From positions 1 through 25,149 of the IMG/VR virus record IMGVR_UViG_3300020044_001396: 25,149 bases of DNA; one strand, given 5' to 3'. The notes beneath the pieces are model-generated. The model saw only the letters and a list, made by a program, of their open reading frames with translations. It was not told the origin of the DNA and did no database searches. Made by a program: the position numbers and the translations under genes. Shown here one piece after another: positions 8,435 to 14,927 of the stretch (the first letter of the stretch is position 1; the number at the start of each line of letters is the position of its first letter). The stretch comes from a virus. Taxonomy: Duplodnaviria; Caudoviricetes.

Positions 8435-9407
8435 ATGAACAACTACCTGCCTACTGACTACCAAAGTTTCATCGGAACATCACGCTATGCCCGTTGGATC
8501 GAAGAAGAGAAGCGTCGAGAAAACTATGGGGAGACTGTAGAGCGTTACATCCAGAACGTAGTGGTCCCTAAAGTCAAAGACCTTGCTGTGGTTGACAAAA
8601 TCCGTCAAGCAATCCTTGGTCTCGAAGTCATGGGGTCAATGAGAGCACTCATGACTGCTGGTCCTGCCTTGGAGCGTGACAACACAGCAGGTTACAACTG
8701 TGCCTATCTTGTGGTAGATGACCCCAAGTCCTTCGACGAGGCTATGTTCATTCTGCTTTGTGGTACAGGTGTTGGGTTCTCTGTCGAGCGTCAATACATC
8801 TCTAAGCTCCCTGAAGTCCCTGAACAGATGTTCAAGAGTGATACCACAATCGTTGTTAAGGACAGCAAAGAGGGTTGGGCTAAGGCTCTGCGTCAACTGA
8901 TCAGCTTGCTCTATGCTGGTGAAATCCCTCAGTGGGATGTCTCTAAGGTTCGCCCTGCTGGTGCCAAACTCAAGACCTTTGGTGGTCGTGCATCTGGCCC
9001 TGCACCTCTTGTCGAGATGTTCAACTTCGCTATCAACACCTTTGTCAATGCCAAGGGTCGTAAGCTGTCGTCTATCGAATGTCACGACCTGATGTGTAAG
9101 ATCGGTGAGGTTGTGGTTGTTGGTGGTGTACGTCGCTCTGCTATGATCAGCTTGTCTAACCTCTCGGATGACCGTATGCGTCACGCTAAGAGTGGTCAAT
9201 GGTGGGAAAAGAATGGACAACGCGCTCTGGCTAACAACTCTGTGGCTTACACCGAGAAGCCCGACATGGAGACCTTCATGCGAGAGTGGTTGTCTCTCGT
9301 TGAAAGCAAGAGCGGAGAGCGAGGTATCTTCTCTCGTCCAGCAAGCAAAAAGCAAGCCGCAAAGAACGGACGACGTGACAACAACTATGATTATGGTACC
9401 AATCCGT
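8435..9407 (+). CDS. nrdJ: Class II (adenosylcobalamin-dependent) ribonucleotide reductase, exon 1
   Basis: SRYARW, YNCAY, GTGVGFSVE, GGRASGP, GGVRRSA and SGERG motifs; ends at GTNP plus the T of the catalytic Cys codon. Confidence 0.93.
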
Positions 9408-10183
9408 AAGCGATAAATGTGCGGATTTAAAACCCCTTCTGATTGACTTGGAAGTCTGTAGCAAGACGACAGGGCGCAAGCGTAATGGTAGCGTGAGAGA
9501 CTAAGTGAAGGGGACACTAATATGATTGTTTATTGGATCAGAGAAAAGCAACACTCAGACATCTACACTGAAGGGTATGTTGGTATAACCAAGAAGCCCT
9601 TAAAAGAGCGTGTTCGTGAGCACAAGAAGAATAAAGGCAACAGTATAGTTGCTGGAAAACTTCGGAGCTACCCAGACCTTGTGTGGTCTGTTATTCACGA
9701 GACTAACACTCTTGAAGAAGCCCTTGCACTTGAAGCACAGTATCGGCCCACGCAACTTGTAGGTTGGAACTTGCAGAAAGGTGGGCAGCTTGGTGTTGAG
9801 CCTGAGTGGTACGATGACCCAGTTAACAGCCAGAGACACAGCATGAAAACGTCTGAGGCAACTCGACGTGGGATTGCCGCCAAAGATACTAAAGAGGCCC
9901 GTTCTGAGAGGGCTAAACTTAACCACAAAAATAAACCAGAGAGCTACAAAGATGTTGTTAAGGGTGAGAAAAACCCTAAGGCAATTCTTAGCGAAGCTGA
10001 TGTGGTTAAGATAAAGTATGATTTGTTCCCTCAAGGGCTGAAGAACCCAGAGATTGCAGATATGTTTGGCGTGAAACCTTATGTTATCAGTTTTATACGG
10101 ACTGGTAAAAATTGGAAACATGTGTAGTGTATGCGATAGTCCAGCGCACAAGCGGGTATGCTAATGTAACCCCGTGGTGTGAG
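9408..10183 (+). mobile_element. Group I self-splicing intron in nrdJ (776 nt) with a homing endonuclease ORF in the P8 loop
   Basis: P1: exon AATCCGT (9401-9407) pairs with GCGGATT (9421-9427), giving the U-G wobble at the splice site. P3: CCCCTTC (9433-9439)/GAAGGGG (9507-9513). P5: GTCT/AGAC. P7: GACTA (9499-9503)/TAGTC (10137-10141). P8: ACACTA (9514-9519)/TAGTGT (10125-10130). Terminal G at 10183. Removal restores TNPCSEIIL in frame. Confidence 0.93.
9522..10127 (+). CDS. Intron-encoded GIY-YIG homing endonuclease
   Basis: IVYWI...YVGIT....ER..EH, conserved E (ALALE) and GWN; C-terminal KGEKNPKAIL plus HTH-like IADMFGV....IS.IRTGKNWKHV DNA-binding module. Confidence 0.88.
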   Translation: MIVYWIREKQHSDIYTEGYVGITKKPLKERVREHKKNKGNSIVAGKLRSYPDLVWSVIHETNTLEEALALEAQYRPTQLVGWNLQKGGQLGVEPEWYDDPVNSQRHSMKTSEATRRGIAAKDTKEARSERAKLNHKNKPESYKDVVKGEKNPKAILSEADVVKIKYDLFPQGLKNPEIADMFGVKPYVISFIRTGKNWKHV

Positions 10184-11112
10184 GCAGTGAAATCATTCTG
10201 CGTCCGTATCAGTTCTGTAACCTCACAGAGGTCGTGGTTCGAGCTACGGACACACTCAAAGACTTGGAACGTAAGGTAGAGTTGGCAACTATCCTTGGCA
10301 CTATCCAATCGACCTATACTCACTTTCCGTATCTCCGTAAGGTCTGGAAAGACAACACTGAGGAAGAGCGTCTGCTTGGCGTTTCTCTGACTGGGATTAT
10401 GGACAACAAGTTGATGTCTGGTGGCGCTGACTTGCCGCACATCTTGGAGTACTTGAAGAATGTTGCTATCGCTACTAATACAGATTGGGCTGCTCGTCTT
10501 GGCATCCCGACAAGCGCAGCTATCACTTGCGTCAAACCAAGTGGAACTGTCTCTCAGTTGGTGGATAGTGCTTCTGGCATCCATGCACGGCATTCAGACT
10601 ACTACATCCGTACCGTGAGGGGCGATAACAAGGACCCCCTGACACAGTTCATGATCGATCAGGGCATCCCGCATGAACCTGACGTGATGAAGCCCGACAG
10701 TACCACTGTCTTTAGTTTCCCACAGAAGTCTCCTGAAGGTGCTATCACTCGTAACGATATGACTGCTCTGGAACAGCTTGAGTTGTGGCTGGTGTATCAG
10801 CGTCACTGGTGTGAGCATAAGCCCTCTATCACTGTCACAGTGCGTGACCACGAGTGGATGGAGGTGGGAGCTTGGGTCTATAAGCACTTTGATGAAGTCT
10901 CTGGTGTTTCGTTCTTGCCTCACTCTGACCACACGTATCAGCAAGCACCCTACCAAGAGTGCAGTGAACGTGAATACCTTGATGCCTTGGCCTTGATGCC
11001 AGAGCGTATTGACTGGAGTAAACTTAGCGAGTATGAGACTGAGGATACCTCTAAAGGCACTAGCACCTTTGCCTGTGCTGGTGGTAGCTGCGAGATTGTA
11101 GACTTGACCTAA
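10184..11112 (+). CDS. nrdJ: Class II ribonucleotide reductase, exon 2 (spliced product 633 aa)
   Basis: Resumes GC AGT GAA (C-S-E), then IILRPYQFCNLTEV, TCVKPSGT, EHKPSIT, QAPYQE and the C-terminal redox pair CAGGSC. Confidence 0.93.
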
Positions 11113-11113
11113 A

Positions 11114-11136
11114 GAGTTGGCCCTTCGGGGCCGCTC
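11114..11136 (+). terminator. GC-rich UUCG hairpin after nrdJ (terminator or processing/stability element)
   Basis: GGCCC-TTCG-GGGCC with flanking GAG/CTC; no U tract follows. Confidence 0.5.
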
Positions 11137-11162
11137 ACTCCCCAACATAAAGGACCACAAAC

Positions 11163-11246
11163 ATGCCCACTATCTACCCGGCAATCGATTACTTCATGCT
11201 TGCCATTCAACTGTTCATTGCTTACAAACTTGTCAAACTAGGATAA
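11163..11246 (+). CDS. Small hydrophobic protein (27 aa)
   Basis: AAAGGA RBS; MPTIYPAIDYFMLAIQLFIAYKLVKLG. Confidence 0.55.
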   Translation: MPTIYPAIDYFMLAIQLFIAYKLVKLG

Positions 11247-11249
11247 CCT

Positions 11250-11390
11250 ATGTACTTTGAGATTATTAACATCGTTGGCCTTTTGGTCATTGGTTGGGGC
11301 GTGTGGGTGCAACACCAGAGGATCGACGATCTGGAGTTCATGATGGGCTACGTCCTGACTGAGATTGGTGCAACAGGGGAGGGAGATTAA
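11250..11390 (+). CDS. Small membrane protein (46 aa)
   Basis: AGGA RBS; MYFEIINIVGLLVIGWGVWVQHQRIDDLEF...; one predicted TM segment. Confidence 0.6.
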   Translation: MYFEIINIVGLLVIGWGVWVQHQRIDDLEFMMGYVLTEIGATGEGD

Positions 11391-11391
11391 C

Positions 11392-11616
11392 GTGTGGTGG
11401 ATGATCACTAAGAATGACTGCCCTTGGTGCGTTGAAGCAGCCAAATTGATCTTATCTAAAGGTGAATCGGTAGAGGTTTATGACATCACAAGTCACCCAA
11501 TGCTTGCCAAGACCTTGAAGTTGGCAGGTTGCTCGACAGTCCCTCAAATCTGGTGTGGTACTGAATATGTTGGTGGTTACGAGAATGTAAAGAAATGGTA
11601 CGACAATGACAACTGA
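11392..11616 (+). CDS. Glutaredoxin
   Basis: CPWC active site, TVPQIW, YVGGY; GTG at 11392 after GGAGGGAG. Confidence 0.92.
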   Translation: MWWMITKNDCPWCVEAAKLILSKGESVEVYDITSHPMLAKTLKLAGCSTVPQIWCGTEYVGGYENVKKWYDNDN

Positions 11617-12322
11617 GCGAACTTCCTCCCGTACTGGAGGTAAACGAGCCACAAAGTTCAAGGGTGCAGAGGGAGAAGCTAAAGCTAAGACTATCCAGCT
11701 AGTGCCTCTTAACGAGAACCAACGCTTGTACATAGATGCCCTGAAGCGAACACCACAAGTGATCGTGCTTGGTCCTAGCGGTACAGGTAAGACCTTTGTG
11801 GCAGCTACCTATGCAGCTAACCTCTATGCTAACCGTAAGATCAGTAAGATCATCATTACTCGTCCTGCTGTGAGTGTAGGGAAGTCTCTGGGTGCTCTCC
11901 CCGGCACTATGGAAGAGAAGTATGGCCCTTGGTTGTCACCTGTCCTGAGTGTCCTAGAGGAACAACTAGGTAAGGGTGCCTTTGATACAGGGATCAAGAA
12001 CGGTAACATCGTGATGGCACCCCTAGAGTATATGCGAGGGTCATCGTTCAACAATGCCTTTGTCCTAGCGGATGAGTGCCAGAACCTTGACGTGGCTCAG
12101 TTCAAGATGTTGACCACAAGGGTTGGTGAGAATTGTACTCTGGTTATGAATGGTGACATTCGTCAGTCTGACATCAAAGAACAGTCAGGTTTGTCTAAGG
12201 CTATCCACCTAGCCAAGAAGTACAACATCGATGCAGCTATCGTTGAGTTTACTATTGACGACGTGGTACGAAGTGATATATGTAAGCAATGGCTTGTGGC
12301 ATTCTATGAGGAAGGAATCTGA
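11606..12322 (+). CDS. phoH: PhoH family ATPase
   Basis: GPSGTGKT, IIITRP, LGALPG..EEK, PLEYMRG, DECQN, LTTRVG, GDIRQSD and DVVRS motifs. Confidence 0.96.
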   Translation: MTTERTSSRTGGKRATKFKGAEGEAKAKTIQLVPLNENQRLYIDALKRTPQVIVLGPSGTGKTFVAATYAANLYANRKISKIIITRPAVSVGKSLGALPGTMEEKYGPWLSPVLSVLEEQLGKGAFDTGIKNGNIVMAPLEYMRGSSFNNAFVLADECQNLDVAQFKMLTTRVGENCTLVMNGDIRQSDIKEQSGLSKAIHLAKKYNIDAAIVEFTIDDVVRSDICKQWLVAFYEEGI

Positions 12323-12612
12323 TGACAGAGACTAAAGAGATGACGCCAATGCAGATCGTTAATGATTACCACGAGAACAAACCCCCCACTAAAGCGTTCA
12401 ACCCCTTTGACCACCAAGTCGCAGGGACACACTACAAGACCCTTAAGATTCAACCTGTCGAGTTCATCCTAGCTAACCAACTAGGTTTCTGTGAGGGATC
12501 GATCATCAAGTACACTTGTCGGTATAGGCAGAAGGGCGGCATTGAGGACCTCAAGAAGGTTATCCACTATGCCCAACTCCTGATCGCTAAACTGGAGGAG
12601 GGTGATGCATAA
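12322..12612 (+). CDS. DUF3310 protein (T7 gp1.7-like, putative nucleotide kinase)
   Basis: QVAGTHY...IQPVEFI...F.EG.IIKY..RY..KGGIEDLKK..HY signature. Confidence 0.85.
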   Translation: MTETKEMTPMQIVNDYHENKPPTKAFNPFDHQVAGTHYKTLKIQPVEFILANQLGFCEGSIIKYTCRYRQKGGIEDLKKVIHYAQLLIAKLEEGDA

Positions 12613-12697
12613 CTTGCGTGACTACCTACCGTACATTATCTTCCCACTTGTTTGTGGTATCCTTACAGGGTTCCTTCTCCCATTGATCTTGAGGTGA
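12605..12697 (+). CDS. Small membrane protein (30 aa)
   Basis: GGAGGAGG RBS; MHNLRDYLPYIIFPLVCGILTGFLLPLILR. Confidence 0.55.
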   Translation: MHNLRDYLPYIIFPLVCGILTGFLLPLILR

Positions 12698-12700
12698 TAC

Positions 12701-12775
12701 ATGCTTGAACTAGGCCTTGTGATCGTAGCCATTATGACCTTCTTCTGGTTAATGGTTGATCAGGACCACGAATGA
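12701..12775 (+). CDS. Small membrane protein (24 aa)
   Basis: GAGGTG RBS; MLELGLVIVAIMTFFWLMVDQDHE. Confidence 0.55.
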   Translation: MLELGLVIVAIMTFFWLMVDQDHE

Positions 12776-12782
12776 CGAAATG

Positions 12783-12832
12783 AAAAAGCCCGCTAGAATC
12801 CTTGTGAGGGGACTCTAGCGGGCTTATCTTTT
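12783..12832. terminator. Bidirectional rho-independent terminator between the convergent modules
   Basis: AAGCCCGCTAGA (12786-12797)/TCTAGCGGGCTT (12814-12825) inverted repeat with an A run on the left and a T-rich run on the right. Confidence 0.9.
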
Positions 12833-12848
12833 AGGATAACTTCTTGGA

Positions 12849-13091
12849 CTATTCTGGGTTATTTGGCTGAGATTTATACAATTCGATAATGTCTCTCTTG
12901 ACCTCTTTCAGGTCAGACTTGATCTCTTGCATAACCTCTCGGTCTTCTTGCCTACGTACATCCCTCTCATGTATCTCTTGTTGTAACAGAGAGAGTTGCT
13001 TCTCATTGGTCAGGACTTTCCTGATGAGTAGTGTGGTTCCTGATAAGATGGCCGTGATAGCAGCACCCACGATGTACTCCAAGTAATTCAT
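12849..13091 (-). CDS. Single-TM coiled-coil protein at the end of the lysis cassette (possible second holin or antiholin)
   Basis: N-terminal hydrophobic helix followed by a charged heptad region; AGGGG RBS. Confidence 0.65.
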   Translation of the reverse strand: MNYLEYIVGAAITAILSGTTLLIRKVLTNEKQLSLLQQEIHERDVRRQEDREVMQEIKSDLKEVKRDIIELYKSQPNNPE

Positions 13092-13146
13092 TTTTTGGAT
13101 GACCCCTGATCCAGATGTTTATGTTAGTTATGGCATAACCGTAGTT

Positions 13147-13368
13147 TCAAGGGAAACGAACCCAAGCGGGGCAGACTATTGCCTGCACATCATAGGCATA
13201 GCCGATTTCTTGTTGTGTGCGTTCTGTATCTAGGCGGGACCGTGTAGGTAGGCTATCCCGCCATTGGATACAAATCTCACGCTCAGTCTCTGTAACCACG
13301 TTTATCTGTGGGGTCTGAGTGCAACTCATGGTTAACCCTACCAGCGTCAACGCGATCACGGATTTCAT
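13147..13368 (-). CDS. Putative o-spanin (Rz1-like lipoprotein)
   Basis: Signal peptide with lipobox-like MKSVIALTLVGLTMS-C; overlaps the 3' end of the i-spanin in another frame. Confidence 0.75.
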   Translation of the reverse strand: MKSVIALTLVGLTMSCTQTPQINVVTETEREICIQWRDSLPTRSRLDTERTQQEIGYAYDVQAIVCPAWVRFP

Positions 13369-13513
13369 TAGCGCGTTTACGATCCGCATTGTTAACCTCC
13401 AGAGCCACCTCTACCTTGGCTTCCTTCTTGGCTCCCCGTCTGATCAGCCATCGACCAATCAGAGCGGAGAAAACCTTAGAGAGGAAAGAGCCAATGATGG
13501 CCCACCAAGTCAT
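13283..13513 (-). CDS. Putative i-spanin (Rz-like, 76 aa)
   Basis: MTWWAIIGSFLSKVFSALIGRWLI hydrophobic N-terminus then a charged helix; TAATG coupling with the holin stop. Confidence 0.7.
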   Translation of the reverse strand: MTWWAIIGSFLSKVFSALIGRWLIRRGAKKEAKVEVALEVNNADRKRANEIRDRVDAGRVNHELHSDPTDKRGYRD

Positions 13514-13686
13514 TACACTTTGTCTTTCATGAAGATGGCGAGAGCACCAGCAATGGCTGCACCAGCCGAGATGATGACCTGACCCCATGCTTCAGATGCA
13601 GGGATAAAGGACAGAGAGGCTACCATAGCGGCCAAGCCAGCATAGGTCGAGGGTTCGCTCAGACGAGCAAGAATAAAGTCTTTCAT
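13513..13686 (-). CDS. Putative holin (57 aa, 2 TM)
   Basis: MKDFILARLSEPSTYAGLAAMVASLSFIPASEAWGQVIISAGAAIAGALAIFMKDKV; AGGAG RBS; directly after the endolysin; missed by the ORF track. Confidence 0.8.
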   Translation of the reverse strand: MKDFILARLSEPSTYAGLAAMVASLSFIPASEAWGQVIISAGAAIAGALAIFMKDKV

Positions 13687-13697
13687 TTTGTGGTCTC

Positions 13698-14108
13698 CTA
13701 TTTTGCGGGATACTTCTTGGCACTAAGTTGCCAATGTGGTCCATCTTTGAATGTACGCCAGTCACCGCCCCACTCAATAACTACACCCTCTTTAAGGGCA
13801 GCAGCTTTAATGGCAGGGGCTAGTTTGTGGTAAAGAGGCCAAGAGTACATCTCCTCGACCTCAACCTTACCATCTTTATCAATGTCAACAAAAGGCACCA
13901 GATCGACAGCGTGACCAGTTAGGTGCCTAGAGTTAAGTGTATTGCTTGCACCAATACGAACGAGTTCTTTCTGTCGTTCAAGAGTGCGAAGCCCTTCTGT
14001 AACCACAAAAGCGAATGGTGCTTCCTGCAAAGCTCTGTCCATGACCTTACGTAGATCAGGGTGGATACCTTGCAGGTTACGAAGGCTACGTGCGTCCCAT
14101 TGTTTCAT
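13698..14108 (-). CDS. Endolysin, peptidase M15 family (L-Ala-D-Glu peptidase-like)
   Basis: EGLRT.ERQ, SRHLTGHAVD, WGGDW..FKDGPHWQL motifs. Confidence 0.93.
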   Translation of the reverse strand: MKQWDARSLRNLQGIHPDLRKVMDRALQEAPFAFVVTEGLRTLERQKELVRIGASNTLNSRHLTGHAVDLVPFVDIDKDGKVEVEEMYSWPLYHKLAPAIKAAALKEGVVIEWGGDWRTFKDGPHWQLSAKKYPAK

Positions 14109-14115
14109 GTTGTGG

Positions 14116-14376
14116 TTACTCAGGTTGTGTGGGCCAGATTACGTTTTCTGGGAAACCTTCTTGGTCAGGGATGTCCCGAAGCTCTTGCCGATAGACAGCC
14201 CAGAGGGTTTGATCCACTGGGGCATCAGCAACTTGCGTCCAGTCACATGCGGCAAGCATGGCGTTGCGCTGGGTGCGGATTTCGTCTGCTGTGGGTGCAA
14301 GTGCTGCAATCTCTTCCGGCGTCATCTCGCGGATGGTGACTTCGCCTGTCTGCGCGTTGGTGATGATTTCCTGCAT
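14116..14376 (-). CDS. Tail fibre assembly chaperone
   Basis: IRTQRNAMLAACDWTQVADAP...W.VYRQELRDIP.Q.GFP....WP..P signature. Confidence 0.88.
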   Translation of the reverse strand: MQEIITNAQTGEVTIREMTPEEIAALAPTADEIRTQRNAMLAACDWTQVADAPVDQTLWAVYRQELRDIPDQEGFPENVIWPTQPE

Positions 14377-14377
14377 A

Positions 14378-14914
14378 TCATTTCACCCCGTAAAAGGCGA
14401 TTGTTCCGGCGTCAAAGGTTCCTGCGGATAAACTAAAGCCAATGCTTGTCGTGGCTGTGGTATAACCAGTTCTGCCAACATAGACATCAACAGAGACTGG
14501 CGTGGTTATAATTTCTGAGGAAGTGCCGCCTACAGAAAGGTTGGAAAGAAACGCTCCGCCACTGGTCAAATCCATTTGGATATATCCGTTTCGAGAGCCT
14601 CCTGCTCCAAAACTAGCTGTTAAGTTAAGCACTGGGGATGCAAAACGTAAGATACTTGTGGACGTTCCAGAAACCCCCTGAACGCTAATCCACAGCGACC
14701 GAAATGGCGTCAGAACCAAACCGCTAAGGGTCTGCGTCGATCCGCTGGTGGTGGTCAGGGTGCCAAGGAGTTGCGTGTTTCTCAGGCTCTCAGGAACAGT
14801 CGCATCTCCCTCAGCAATCGCAATCGGATTATCCCTCCACTTCTTAGCGAGTTCAGAGGTTAGCGGTGCTTCGGGATCAGTCTCAGCATCTGTAATTGCA
14901 ATATAACTTGTCAT
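14378..14914 (-). CDS. Short tail fibre / tail tip protein
   Basis: Lies between the hub and the chaperone; RDNPIAIAEG N-terminus; G/S/T-rich beta domain ending GTIAFYGVK. Confidence 0.7.
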   Translation of the reverse strand: MTSYIAITDAETDPEAPLTSELAKKWRDNPIAIAEGDATVPESLRNTQLLGTLTTTSGSTQTLSGLVLTPFRSLWISVQGVSGTSTSILRFASPVLNLTASFGAGGSRNGYIQMDLTSGGAFLSNLSVGGTSSEIITTPVSVDVYVGRTGYTTATTSIGFSLSAGTFDAGTIAFYGVK

Positions 14915-14927
14915 GTCGGGTTATCCT

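Noticed and set aside
8636-9517. Long antisense ORFs (e.g. 8636-9517, 1023-1808, 2235-2777, 10594-11160)
   Set aside because: They are shadows of well-supported genes on the opposite strand, with no motifs or RBS.
8435-11112. nrdJ as a pseudogene, a split two-subunit gene, or an intein-containing gene
   Set aside because: An in-frame stop at the junction excludes an intein. Group I helices and exact restoration of NPCSE explain the break.
13514-13588. N-terminal extension of the 13283-13588 ORF
   Set aside because: It overlaps the holin in another frame; the coupled ATG at 13513 is the better start.
14116-14914. Diversity-generating retroelement or invertible segment at the tail fibre
   Set aside because: No reverse transcriptase, invertase, template/variable repeat pair or flanking inverted repeats were seen in the window.
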